From Bdellovibrionota bacterium (GTDB lineage Bacteria; Bdellovibrionota; Bdellovibrionia; Bdellovibrionales; Bdellovibrionaceae): a stretch of DNA of 64,000 nucleotides. Under the pieces are notes generated by a model. That model had not been told where the DNA came from and made no database searches. It saw only the letters and a program-made list of their open reading frames with translations. Made by a program: the position numbers and the translations under genes. Location of the stretch: contig CAUJGP010000037.1 in assembly GCA_963170155.1 (NCBI GenBank), positions 25,552-89,551 on the forward strand, written 5' to 3'. Of this stretch, positions 17,229 through 27,115 are shown in pieces; position 1 is the stretch's first letter; every line of letters starts with the position of its first letter.

Positions 17229-18158
17229 ATGATTGAAGTGCGAAATCTAACTAAAAATTATGGTGCACGGAGGGCCATCGATTCTTTAGACTTTTCCGTG
17301 AACAAAGGGGAGGTTGTTGGCTTTCTCGGTCCCAATGGAGCCGGAAAATCCACGACGATGAAAATCATTACGGGATTTATGGCGCCCACCAGCGGTAAAG
17401 CTCTTGTGGCGGGTTATGATGTTTTTGAGAATCCGCTTGAGGTGAAGCGTCGGATTGGTTACTTACCAGAGCATCCTCCCGTGTATGGTGACATGTTTGT
17501 AAAAGAGTATTTGGAGTTTGTTGCAAATCTGAAGGGTGTTGAAAAATCAAAAATTTCCAATCTTGTGAAAAAAGCGATCGAAAAAACCAATTTGGGTCAG
17601 GTACAAACACGTTTGATCCAAAACTTGTCAAAAGGTTTCAGGCAAAGGGTGGGAATTGCACAAGCCTTGGTGAGTGATCCTGAGGTGCTGATTCTCGATG
17701 AACCTACCGTGGGCTTGGACCCCAAACAGGTGGCAGAAATTCGAGATTTGATAAAAGAATTGCGGGGGCATCACACTCTGATTTTATCCACCCACATCCT
17801 TCCCGAGGTGGAAGCGACCTGTGAACGTATTATCATCATCAATCAAGGTAAGATCGTCGCGCAGGAAAGTTTGTCAAATATAAGTTCGGTCAACAAAGGA
17901 TCCAGGCAAATTACTTTCAAGGTGCGAAGAGAGATCGATGCTTTGATTACCCGATTAAGTTTAATGGATGGCGTGCTCAAATGTTTTAAAGGCAATAGCC
18001 CCGGATCGGTTGTGGCAGAAATCTCCGGGCAAGATGATATGGTGGAGCTATTGGCAAAAGAAGTTATTATGTCAGGTGCTGGATTGTTGGAAATGCAATC
18101 GATGGCGCAACTAGAAGACGTCTTTATTAAATTAACCTACGGATCCGTGGAACAATAA
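17229..18158 (+). CDS. ABC transporter ATP-binding protein (GldA-like)
   Basis: Walker A GPNGAGKST, signature LSKGFRQRV, Walker B LILDEPT. Confidence 0.9.
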   Translation: MIEVRNLTKNYGARRAIDSLDFSVNKGEVVGFLGPNGAGKSTTMKIITGFMAPTSGKALVAGYDVFENPLEVKRRIGYLPEHPPVYGDMFVKEYLEFVANLKGVEKSKISNLVKKAIEKTNLGQVQTRLIQNLSKGFRQRVGIAQALVSDPEVLILDEPTVGLDPKQVAEIRDLIKELRGHHTLILSTHILPEVEATCERIIIINQGKIVAQESLSNISSVNKGSRQITFKVRREIDALITRLSLMDGVLKCFKGNSPGSVVAEISGQDDMVELLAKEVIMSGAGLLEMQSMAQLEDVFIKLTYGSVEQ

Positions 18159-18170
18159 GGAGATAAACTT

Positions 18171-18947
18171 ATGTTGAGAGGTTTTTTTACAATTGCTAAA
18201 AAAGATTTAAGGGCGTTCTTTTTTAGCCCTGTATTTTATATCGTAGCCTTTCTGTGTTCCATGATGTTGAGTTGGGTGTTCCCTATTCAATTGGCGCAGT
18301 TTTCAGAGGCCGCAAAGAACATGATGTTTCAGCAGGGGATGCCTCAACAACAGCTCAATATTCATTACGGACTCTTTCTAAGACAGCTTTCGTACCTGAA
18401 TTTAATGTTGATACTCATTGTTCCAGCGCTCACGATGCGATTGATTTCAGAAGAGAAAAAAATGCATACTTTTGACCTCTTGCTGACCAGTCCTGTGACG
18501 AGTGTGCAGATCGTGCTGGGCAAATTTGTAGCGGCTTTGGGCGCTGTTTTTGGAATTGTCCTTATTGCCTATCTTTATTGTGCTTGGACCGGTTTTTTCG
18601 CTCATTTTTCTTGGCCTCTCTTGAACGTGGCTTTTTTGGGCTTATTTTTAGTTGGTGCTGTTTATGCCGCTATGGATTTATTTTGTTCTGCGCTCACAGA
18701 AAGCGCCTTGGGATCTTTTGTGATGGCAGTGATTCTCAATATTTCCATTTGGTTTGTGGGCATTGGAGCTGAAGTTAGCGACAGTCAGACTTTGAGAGAG
18801 TTTTTTGAACATGTGTCCTTGAATGGGCATCTTTCGGCTTTTGTGGAAGGGACGGTGAGAACCAGCGCTTTGGTATTTTTAGCCAGTGTGATGGGGCTTT
18901 TTGTATTTCTTGCTGAACGGGTCGTTGAAGCAAATCGTTGGAGGTAA
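18171..18947 (+). CDS. ABC-2 type permease (GldF-like)
   Basis: Six hydrophobic segments, positioned directly after the ATPase gene. Confidence 0.8.
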   Translation: MLRGFFTIAKKDLRAFFFSPVFYIVAFLCSMMLSWVFPIQLAQFSEAAKNMMFQQGMPQQQLNIHYGLFLRQLSYLNLMLILIVPALTMRLISEEKKMHTFDLLLTSPVTSVQIVLGKFVAALGAVFGIVLIAYLYCAWTGFFAHFSWPLLNVAFLGLFLVGAVYAAMDLFCSALTESALGSFVMAVILNISIWFVGIGAEVSDSQTLREFFEHVSLNGHLSAFVEGTVRTSALVFLASVMGLFVFLAERVVEANRWR

Positions 18948-18949
18948 AT

Positions 18950-20482
18950 ATGAGTCGTTTAGGTAAAGTCTTATTTTTGATCTCAGGATTGAGTGTTGTG
19001 GCATTTCTCGTCACCCGCTTTATATTGGGAGGGTTTCATCCAACTCTTTGGATCCCTTTGGGAATGGCCTTTGTGGGATTTCTAGGGGCCCTTTGGGTGG
19101 ACCGAGGGATTTATTTAGAATTTTTAACCATGAAAACCACCAAGCATGGCATGAATATGGGAGTTATGATTCTATCGGTACTGGCGATGTTGGTAGCTAT
19201 TAACTTTATTTCTTTAAGACACTATAAGACATTTGATTTTTCTTTGGCTCAAGTCAATTCCCTTTCAGACCAATCCGTGAAGGTTGTTCAGGGGTTGGAT
19301 AGTGAGCTGAAAATTATTTTCTTTTATAAAGAAGGTGCCGACGGAGCCCAACAAAATCGCAAAGCTTTTCAAACCCTTGTGAAGCGTTATCAGGATATTT
19401 CTCATCAGGTTCATTTGGATTTTGTGGAGGTGAATAAGAGACCGGATCTCGCTGAACAGTATGGAGTGAACAAGGGGGGCGGGGTCGTTTTTGTGGAGTA
19501 TAAAGGAAAAAGAAATCGCATTGAAAGAATTGAGGAACAAGAGATCACAGGGGCCATCATCAAAACTACGCGAGACAAAGATAAAGTTGTGTATTTAGTT
19601 ACTGGTCATGGAGAGGGGTCTTTGGATGATGTTCAGGATACGGCTGGTCTCGCTCAAATCAAAAATCTCCTTGAGGGAAACCGGTATCAATTAAAACCTC
19701 TTCCTCTTGCCATGCAACCAGAAATTCCTAAAGATGCTGATGCTGTTCTTATTATAGGCCCTAAGCAATCTTTTCTTGATCTGGAATTGAAGGTTTTGGA
19801 AAAGTACATGCAGGATGGGGGGAATTTACTTGTTGCTGTGGACCCCGCGGTCGATCATGGTTTGGGCGGGTTACTTGCTAAAGCCGGTGTGAAACTCAGC
19901 AATAATTATGTCATTACGGTGATGCAAACAGCGCTGGGAAGGATGGCCGATCCCTCCGTAACTCCAGGAAGCGAATTTTCTATCTCTAATTCCATTACAA
20001 AAGTCTTTGGTAAAAATGAATATGTTTTATTTAGAATGCCCCAAGGGATTGAAAAAGGCACTCTTCCGGAAGGTGTGACTTTTGATGAGATTGTTAAGGC
20101 CGCTGGTGATAATTCTTATGGTTTTCCCAACACTCGTTTTGAAGGAGAAGGCGCTAAGGGGCCTTTTACGTTGGTGGCTGCACTGAAGGGCAAATGGCCC
20201 GGTGGAACTAATGACTTTCAATTGGTCGTTGCGGGCGATAGTGATTTTTTAAACAATCAAATGCTTTACCGAAATCTCAATCGTGATTTGTTTTTAAATT
20301 CAGTTTTGACCCTCGCAAAAGAAGAAAACATGGTGAGTATCACTCCAAAAGAAATTTCAGCAACGGAACTCACGTTGACAGAAAATAAATTTTATATATT
20401 TATTTTTGCTTTTGTTATCCCTCTTCCTTTGATTATGCTCATGGCGAGCGGATTCTTGTGGTATCGAAGGAGAAATGCATGA
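18950..20482 (+). CDS. GldG-family ABC transport auxiliary protein
   Basis: N- and C-terminal TM helices flank a large periplasmic domain, the typical GldG layout. ATG 18950 lies 6 nt after GGAGG and directly after the permease stop. Confidence 0.75.
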   Translation: MSRLGKVLFLISGLSVVAFLVTRFILGGFHPTLWIPLGMAFVGFLGALWVDRGIYLEFLTMKTTKHGMNMGVMILSVLAMLVAINFISLRHYKTFDFSLAQVNSLSDQSVKVVQGLDSELKIIFFYKEGADGAQQNRKAFQTLVKRYQDISHQVHLDFVEVNKRPDLAEQYGVNKGGGVVFVEYKGKRNRIERIEEQEITGAIIKTTRDKDKVVYLVTGHGEGSLDDVQDTAGLAQIKNLLEGNRYQLKPLPLAMQPEIPKDADAVLIIGPKQSFLDLELKVLEKYMQDGGNLLVAVDPAVDHGLGGLLAKAGVKLSNNYVITVMQTALGRMADPSVTPGSEFSISNSITKVFGKNEYVLFRMPQGIEKGTLPEGVTFDEIVKAAGDNSYGFPNTRFEGEGAKGPFTLVAALKGKWPGGTNDFQLVVAGDSDFLNNQMLYRNLNRDLFLNSVLTLAKEENMVSITPKEISATELTLTENKFYIFIFAFVIPLPLIMLMASGFLWYRRRNA

Positions 20483-21936
20483 TGTCAAAGAAGAGTCATT
20501 GGTTTTACCTCTTTGTGGTGTTGCTGTGCGCTGGCGTTTTCTATTTTGATTATTATCGAGGCGAACAGAGCAAAGAACAAAAAAACAAAGAGGCCATTTT
20601 AATTCCGATTTTGAAAGAAGAGGTCAGTCAAATCGAATTGAAAAACTCTTCCGGCGAGTTGGAAATTATTAAAAAAGAGGATCAATGGATGCTCAAAAAA
20701 CCGGTGGAGGATCTGGCCGCTCATGATGACGTCAATGGATGGATTCAATCTTTGACGACAGAAAAATCCACAGAAAAAATTGAGCCTGGGGATTCTTTTG
20801 AGTGGTCTACTTATGGCTTGGACAAGCCAAAATCTCATGTGGTGGTGACTTCGAAAACAGGGAAAAAAATTCAACTTCAGATTTCAGAGAGAAAAAACTT
20901 TGAAGGAAATTCGTTCATTAAAAAAGATGAAGAGAATGTCGTTTATGTGGGTGACTCCCTATGGAACGCCCTTTTGGAAAAATCGGTTCAAGACTTAAGG
21001 GATAAGCGCCTTTTAAGGGAATCACTTGGGGAGTTGGAAGAAGTCGTGATCACTCAAGGTCAAGAGCTAGCTCGTTTTGTAATAAAAGAAGGGCAATGGA
21101 TGCTGAAAGATCGCCCTCATTGGAAGCTAGATCAAAATAAAACCCGTGAGATTGTTAATTTGATTCAAGAGATGAAAACCCAGGCCTTTGTATTGGAATC
21201 TGAGCCTACAAAAGCACAACGGGCTCTCTACGGCTTTCATCCTCAATCACTAAAGATGACTTATTCTCTCAAAGGTGCAAGATCCTTTGTTTTCGAGTTT
21301 GCTCAGGATAAAACGAAAAAATGGTATGCTTGGCCTTATGATCTTCATCGACTGGTACAAATAGAAGAGGCTCCTATTCAAAAGATAACTCATTTAAATG
21401 TAGAGACTTTGCGGGATAAAGAACTTCCTTTTATTTTTAACAAAGAAGATGTCAAAAAACTCCATATCATTTCCGATAAAAAGGTAGAATTGTCTAAAGA
21501 GGGAGATACTTGGAAAGCCACTGAGCCAGGAACGGTGGAAACAACCGAAGTGAATGAGTTTTTGGAAAAGCTACGACAGTTAAGAGTGGCGGAATTCATG
21601 GATGGCAAAACAACAGCTCCAGGGCTTGATGCTGAAAAGAAGCGATTTACATTAACCGATGCTGCTGGTCAAAATTTATTGGATCTTAAGATTGGCACGT
21701 CATTTAAGAAAAAAGAAAATAAAGAAGAAAAAAGTTATGTTTATGCTAAGTCTTCTATTTATCCCGATGTGATTGTTTTGAAAGAAGAGGATCTTGCTGG
21801 ATTGGTAGCAGCCTCTTTAATGAAGCCCAAAACCGAGGCGGACGCTAAGTCAGAATCTCCTGAGTCTGATCTTCATCATGCTTCTCCTTCTCTTAAGAAT
21901 GAAAAACCTTCTTCTTCAGAAATGGACACACCATGA
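20479..21936 (+). CDS. DUF4340-like periplasmic protein
   Basis: N-terminal TM anchor followed by repeated beta-rich modules. This is the usual partner downstream of GldG-family genes. ATG 20479 overlaps the GldG stop (ATGCATGA). Confidence 0.65.
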   Translation: MMSKKSHWFYLFVVLLCAGVFYFDYYRGEQSKEQKNKEAILIPILKEEVSQIELKNSSGELEIIKKEDQWMLKKPVEDLAAHDDVNGWIQSLTTEKSTEKIEPGDSFEWSTYGLDKPKSHVVVTSKTGKKIQLQISERKNFEGNSFIKKDEENVVYVGDSLWNALLEKSVQDLRDKRLLRESLGELEEVVITQGQELARFVIKEGQWMLKDRPHWKLDQNKTREIVNLIQEMKTQAFVLESEPTKAQRALYGFHPQSLKMTYSLKGARSFVFEFAQDKTKKWYAWPYDLHRLVQIEEAPIQKITHLNVETLRDKELPFIFNKEDVKKLHIISDKKVELSKEGDTWKATEPGTVETTEVNEFLEKLRQLRVAEFMDGKTTAPGLDAEKKRFTLTDAAGQNLLDLKIGTSFKKKENKEEKSYVYAKSSIYPDVIVLKEEDLAGLVAASLMKPKTEADAKSESPESDLHHASPSLKNEKPSSSEMDTP

Positions 21937-22970
21937 ATAAAAGTTCGGTGAGTGATCGGGGTCAGAATCAAATCTATAGTATTCAATCGCCCACTCGGGT
22001 GGATCTGGCAGGAGGAACTCTAGATCTATGGCCTTTATATAATTTTTTTGGTGGGGCTAAAACGGTCAATATGGCTATTGATATTCTAACTTCGGCGGAG
22101 CTCGAAGTTCTTACCAACGCCAGCCAAATTGAAATTGAAAGCCTCGATTTGAAAAAGAAAAAATTTTATGTGAGTTATGAAAGTGCTCTTCAGGATACAG
22201 ATCCTGATTTTGCGCTTTATCGCGTGGTGCTTGATTATTTTAAGCCTAGTTTTGGATTGCGGCTAAAAACATCTTCACAGAGTCCTGTCGGAGGAGGGTT
22301 AGGAGCCAGTTCCAGTCTCATGGTCAGCATTTTGAAGTGTTTTTCAAAGGCTCTTTTTAAACCTTTTGCTTCGAATAATCAGCTTGTAGAAGTGGCTCAC
22401 AATCTTGAAGCTCAATTACTCTTAACTCCGACAGGAACTCAAGATTATTATCCGGCTCTCTCGGGAGGAATCAATCTGATTGAGTATGCGGCTCAGGGTA
22501 TTCAGCAAAGTGTATTTGACCATATGAATATCAAAGAGATTGAGGACCGTTTTTTACTGATTTATACAGGGCGATCACATCATAGCGGTATGAATAACTT
22601 CGAGGTTTTACAAAAAGCCGTGGCAAGGGAGTCTCAGACAATTCGCTCTCTTTCAAGTCTCAGGCTTGTTGCAGAAGAAATGGCCGCCAAGGTGAGAGCT
22701 GGGCTTTGGGATCAACTCTCTGAACTCTTCCGGCGTGAATATGAATTTCGGATTCAGTTAGCACCTGCGATTTCAAGTCCAGAGATCAAGGAACTTCATG
22801 ACTTAGCTTTGGGGGCTGGAGCGGAAGCTGTGAAAATCTGTGGTGCTGGTGGTGGAGGTTGTGTTTTGATCTGGTGCCCTCCAACTCAAAAAGAAAAAAT
22901 TGCAGAAGTTTGTGCTCAGAGGGGATTTCAAGTTTTGAAAGCAAAGCCTTACCCCGCATTTAAAAATTAA
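21933..22970 (+). CDS. GHMP-family sugar kinase
   Basis: PTRVDLAGGTLDLWPLY N-terminal motif and GHMP motif II SPVGGGLGASSSL. ATGA overlap with the upstream gene. Confidence 0.75.
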   Translation: MNKSSVSDRGQNQIYSIQSPTRVDLAGGTLDLWPLYNFFGGAKTVNMAIDILTSAELEVLTNASQIEIESLDLKKKKFYVSYESALQDTDPDFALYRVVLDYFKPSFGLRLKTSSQSPVGGGLGASSSLMVSILKCFSKALFKPFASNNQLVEVAHNLEAQLLLTPTGTQDYYPALSGGINLIEYAAQGIQQSVFDHMNIKEIEDRFLLIYTGRSHHSGMNNFEVLQKAVARESQTIRSLSSLRLVAEEMAAKVRAGLWDQLSELFRREYEFRIQLAPAISSPEIKELHDLALGAGAEAVKICGAGGGGCVLIWCPPTQKEKIAEVCAQRGFQVLKAKPYPAFKN

Positions 22971-23073
22971 TCTTTTTAGCTTTTTGACAGCGATTCATCA
23001 TTGTTGAGAAATTCTTTTTTAGCGACATCAAACACCCGCGATACCTTTTCACACTCATTGATTGAGTTAGTGA

Positions 23074-23439
23074 TTAATTAATAGCAGCGATAAGTCCATT
23101 TGAGTCTTTATTCATGCATTTTTCTGTATTCAATACTTTGATTTCGGAAAGTAAATCTTGAAGTTGTTGAGTTTCAGTAATGCTTAGTGAGTCCGCTCTT
23201 TGTTGGCATAAATTAAAATCCATTTCAGAAGAAGTGGGGCAACTTTTATCAAAGATCTCTCTTTCAACCGTATTAGAAATTTGCGTGACTTCATCACACA
23301 TGGCAGAGGTTACTGAGCTGATAGTTGTTTCTTTAACTTGAGAAACTAGTTTTTGGTATTTTACAAAGCTTTCAGAAGCAAAACCAGATAAAGACGTGAA
23401 GATGATAAGAAGAAATGGATAGCTGATTTGGTATTTCAT
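23074..23439 (-). CDS. Small secreted hypothetical protein
   Basis: 121 aa with signal peptide LLIIFTSLSGFA. No recognisable domain. Confidence 0.5.
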   Translation of the reverse strand: MKYQISYPFLLIIFTSLSGFASESFVKYQKLVSQVKETTISSVTSAMCDEVTQISNTVEREIFDKSCPTSSEMDFNLCQQRADSLSITETQQLQDLLSEIKVLNTEKCMNKDSNGLIAAIN

Positions 23440-23760
23440 GGAGTCCCCCTTGTGGTTTGCCCTTGTTAGGATTCTTATTTTGAATCTCTATACATATTAA
23501 TTCCCTTCAATATGTGTGCCGTTCAAAAAAGTCATTAGAAACGTACTTAGTGGAGCTGAAGTTCTTTTTCATAAAATGAGCCGCTTTAAGTTTTTACAGT
23601 TGTATTGTTCAAACTTGACAGCCATTTCAAGGAGAGACGATCCAATATGATACAGCGTTTTTTGCGGAGTTTTATTCTCGTTTTTTTAATGGATCAAGTC
23701 GATTCAATGGATACGGATTTCGGTATGAGGACATCCGTGAGGTATTTTTTTGATCTAAAC

Positions 23761-23797
23761 AAAAAAAGGTTTTTCACTTAGAAAAACCTTTTTTTAA
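23761..23797. terminator. Bidirectional rho-independent terminator
   Basis: Stem GGTTTTT / AAAAACC extended by A7 and T7 flanks, 34 nt downstream of the protease gene stop. Confidence 0.55.
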
Positions 23798-23830
23798 AAT
23801 ATTTTTTATTTTCCTGTTTCTTATCCAAAA

Positions 23831-24808
23831 CTATTTTGAAAGAGAGAAGGGAGCCATGGATGAGTTATTAATAAGACGAATCTCCTCATCCGTTGGTAAA
23901 GCGATGATTGTCGAAGAGGGAGCTGGGAGAGTTCTTTGAGCTAAAATCAATCGCGCTTCAATAATCCAATGTTCATAAGCCGCAATTTTTGTGTAAATAG
24001 CGTACTGAGAACAGTCGAATTTTGGATCGTTGTGGCCACGACTTGTGATCCCCCATAGGCTATAACCATTCTCAAATTTAAGATAAGCGGGACCACCAGA
24101 ATCCCCACGACAGGCGCCAGTTCCTTTAGTTTGATCAACGCTCGATTCTGTTTCACTGTAAACAGGGTTTTCAATGAAAACAGAGGTTTTTCTCAAAATA
24201 CCTGAACCTTTATCTCTGACACCATCGGAAACACCATAACCAGAAAGGATGGAATCTTGTCGATAGGGAGCTAAATCAACATTCAAAATATCAGTTGGGC
24301 GATAATGAGGGGGAAGGTCTTGGTCTATTTTTACGATGGCGATATCACCCCAGTTATAATCGGGAATGATGTTTTGTTTTTCAGCAATAGCCATGGTTTT
24401 AGCAAAGTTGGGGTGGGCGAGGCCATCAGCAGCTCGGATGAAATGCTTGGATTGCGCTGCTTTTTCAATATCGGCTCCGAATAAAATCATTATATTTCTA
24501 GGATCTCTTTCGGGCATGCAGTGTGCCGCTGTTACAATGTGACGAGGAGATATGATTGAGCCTGTGCAGATACCACCGCTCTCAGCATTATAGAGGGCAA
24601 CAATGGAGTAGAAAAAAGAATCTTTCTGAGGGTTTACAGGTTCGCCATTAATAATATAAAAAGGTGTTTCTTTAGTGAGGTCGAGAATATTTGTATGAAG
24701 AGATTGAGCTGCTTTATCAGAAGGAGTACAGGCTCCTAAGAAAAGACTAAAACCCCATACTAGAGTGAGTCCTAATTTATAAGTGATTTTACCGCTTGAT
24801 AACTTCAT
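23831..24808 (-). CDS. Secreted trypsin-like serine protease (S1 family)
   Basis: Catalytic motifs TAAHC and GDSGGP, an Asp in WGDIAIVKI, and a signal/lipoprotein-like N-terminus (FLGAC). Start moved to MKLSSGK. Confidence 0.85.
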   Translation of the reverse strand: MKLSSGKITYKLGLTLVWGFSLFLGACTPSDKAAQSLHTNILDLTKETPFYIINGEPVNPQKDSFFYSIVALYNAESGGICTGSIISPRHIVTAAHCMPERDPRNIMILFGADIEKAAQSKHFIRAADGLAHPNFAKTMAIAEKQNIIPDYNWGDIAIVKIDQDLPPHYRPTDILNVDLAPYRQDSILSGYGVSDGVRDKGSGILRKTSVFIENPVYSETESSVDQTKGTGACRGDSGGPAYLKFENGYSLWGITSRGHNDPKFDCSQYAIYTKIAAYEHWIIEARLILAQRTLPAPSSTIIALPTDEEIRLINNSSMAPFSLSK

Positions 24809-25061
24809 GATTTCTTTTTCCCCTTCCCTCATGCGTTTTCATTTGAAGAGATCACCTTACTGGTAATCTTTTGGGGCTTTTAAGATAGAAGCCGTAAAAA
24901 TACTACAATATTGTTTTAATCGAAGGTATAAAAAAAACTTATGCTAATGGCTTCGGTTTCATCTTTTACAACACTCATACTCTCAATGGACCGGAGATTT
25001 AAGATATTGGCCTAGTTTAAAAGAAATAAAGCTCTCTTTTTGAGTGGTGGAGTTTTGTAAA

Positions 25062-26021
25062 TTATTCAATATCTAGAACGTCGAGATCTTTTTGTTTGAT
25101 GGTTCGAAGATCTTCAGGAATGGCTTCGAGGACGGAATCTCCAAGAGCTTCAATAAAGTGACTCTTGTAATGCTCTCTTTGAAAAATGAGGCCAATTTCT
25201 CGAGCTGGAATGGGGCGATCAAAAGGAATCAGTTGGGATTTGGAGCCAAAGTGTTCTGTTGCTAAAGCAGGAAGCAAAGTGTAGCCGCCATAGCGATCCA
25301 CAATGTTTTTAAGGGTTTCGAGGCTTCCGCTTTCAAATTGGAATTTTCGCTTAGAAGTTTTTTCTTGTTTCAACGAACAAATATCAATCACCTGATTTCG
25401 AAGACAATGCCCTTCTTCTAGCAACCACAAGTCATTATGTTTTAAGTGAGAATACTTGATTTTCTTGAGATGAGAAAGTTCATGTTTTTTTTTGCAGAGT
25501 ACAGAATAGGGTTCGTAGTACAGAAAACGCTCAAAGATTTTAGGATTTTTAATGGGTGTTGCTAAAATTCCCACATCAATTTCGTCGTTTTGAAGGGAAT
25601 CCAGAATACGATGAGTTTGCATTTCAAAAAGTTTGAGTGATAATTCGGGATGTTTTTTTTCCATGATGGGAAGGAGCAACGGTAAAAGATAGGGGGCTAC
25701 GGTGGGAATAATACCTACGGCGAGCTCTCCAACCACAGTCCCTGTTTTATGAGATTTAATAATACTGTCAATTTTTTTAGCTTCAAAAAGAATGGTTTGC
25801 ATCTGCTCAATAACCAATTTACCCATTTCACTCAACAAAATTGGTTTTTTCGTACGATCAAAAATAACAATCCCTAATTCTTCTTCTAGTTTTTGAATTT
25901 GCATACTCAGAGTGGGTTGAGTCACATGACACGATTCAGCAGCTTTCGCGAAGTGTCCATGACGATGAACAGCAAGAACATATTCCAATTGTGTCAGAGA
26001 AAAATTCACATTTGATGTCAT
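25062..26021 (-). CDS. oxyR: LysR-family hydrogen peroxide sensor/regulator OxyR
   Basis: HTH LEYVLAVHRHGHFAKAAESCHVTQPTLS. Redox pair conserved as EEGHCLRNQVIDIC, equivalent to E. coli C199/C208. Divergent from ahpC. Confidence 0.85.
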   Translation of the reverse strand: MTSNVNFSLTQLEYVLAVHRHGHFAKAAESCHVTQPTLSMQIQKLEEELGIVIFDRTKKPILLSEMGKLVIEQMQTILFEAKKIDSIIKSHKTGTVVGELAVGIIPTVAPYLLPLLLPIMEKKHPELSLKLFEMQTHRILDSLQNDEIDVGILATPIKNPKIFERFLYYEPYSVLCKKKHELSHLKKIKYSHLKHNDLWLLEEGHCLRNQVIDICSLKQEKTSKRKFQFESGSLETLKNIVDRYGGYTLLPALATEHFGSKSQLIPFDRPIPAREIGLIFQREHYKSHFIEALGDSVLEAIPEDLRTIKQKDLDVLDIE

Positions 26022-26167
26022 AGAAACTCCACAGAAGTCACGTGCACCTTATCAGCGGCACTCATAAACAATTTCTAGCGATTTTAGTCTACAGAGCCAC
26101 CTGGCAGCTTCTTTTGTTCGTTGGCAAAGATGAAGGCTTCCTGTAGAATATTGAGTGCTTTATCTTA

Positions 26168-26203
26168 ATAGATAAAATCTATCAAAACAATAATAAAATC
26201 GAT
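26168..26203. promoter_or_regulatory. Candidate OxyR operator in the oxyR-ahpC intergenic region
   Basis: Perfect ATAG-N7-CTAT dyad at 26168-26182, followed about one helical turn later by a degenerate second dyad (AATA-N7-CGAT). It lies ~110 nt upstream of ahpC. Confidence 0.55.
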
Positions 26204-26313
26204 TTTACTTAATGAGAATCTTGTCTTAAGCTGTTTTTAGATTAACAACGATGCTGCATGATTAAGCGGTATCTTTTCCGTTAGCAAGAACGCTAACAAG
26301 AAGGAGTATGAAG

Positions 26314-26880
26314 ATGAATACACTCATCAATGCAAAAGTACCTAATTTTAAGGTTGAGGCTTATCATAATGAAGCTTTTAAAACGATCACTCAGAATGAT
26401 CTTATGGGAAAATGGTCTATTTTGTTTTTCTATCCTGCAGATTTTACGTTTGTTTGCCCGACAGAGTTAGGTGACATGGCTGATAAATATACTGAGTTTC
26501 AAAAAATGGGAGTTGAGGTTTACTCTGTGAGCACAGACACTCATTTTACACATAAAGCATGGCATGATGCTTCTGATACGATCAAAAAAATCAAATATCC
26601 AATGTTGGCAGATCCCACAGGGTCTTTGACTCGCTCTTTTGGAGTTCATATTGAAGAGGCGGGTTTAGCTTATCGTGGAACTTTCTTGATCGATCCAGAA
26701 GGACGCATCAAATTAGCAGAAGTCAATGATAATGGCATTGGCCGTAATGCCGATGAACTTTTAAGAAAAGTGAAAGCAGCTCAATTCATTGCTAAAAATC
26801 CAGCTGAAGTATGTCCTGCAAAATGGCAACCCGGTGAAAAGACTTTGAAGCCCGGTTTAAATTTAGTAGGTAAAATTTAA
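26314..26880 (+). CDS. ahpC: Alkyl hydroperoxide reductase subunit C (2-Cys peroxiredoxin)
   Basis: FFYPADFTFVCPTEL peroxidatic Cys motif and a C-terminal resolving Cys (EVCPAKW). AAGGAG lies 7 nt before ATG 26314. Confidence 0.95.
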   Translation: MNTLINAKVPNFKVEAYHNEAFKTITQNDLMGKWSILFFYPADFTFVCPTELGDMADKYTEFQKMGVEVYSVSTDTHFTHKAWHDASDTIKKIKYPMLADPTGSLTRSFGVHIEEAGLAYRGTFLIDPEGRIKLAEVNDNGIGRNADELLRKVKAAQFIAKNPAEVCPAKWQPGEKTLKPGLNLVGKI

Positions 26881-26893
26881 TTGAATAAAGGAT

Positions 26894-26923
26894 GCTCAAC
26901 AGAATTTATGGATTTTGTTGAGC
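26894..26923 (+). terminator. Stem-loop after ahpC, possible partial terminator or attenuator
   Basis: 8-bp stem GCTCAACA / TGTTGAGC with a 14-nt loop and a weak T-tract. It sits in the 235-nt ahpC-ahpF spacer. Confidence 0.3.
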
Positions 26924-27115
26924 TTCGCTTCCTCGATGAATCACTGCTACTCAATGAGCGAGTACCGCCACATTAAAAAGACTTTGTTGCTTTGCCCAGC
27001 ATCCACTCATAGGGATGAACTATGCGCCTCTGTTCGATTTGAGCTGTGGGTGATTTGTCTTTGCTTAAGAACATCGTAAGGTCGTCGTAAGATCAATGAA
27101 TGGAAGGAGTTTGTT

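Noticed and set aside
23647-23781. 44-aa plus-strand ORF with an AAGGAG-like sequence upstream
   Set aside because: The frame runs straight through the terminator hairpin at 23761-23797. The peptide has no convincing features, so this is probably non-coding spacer.
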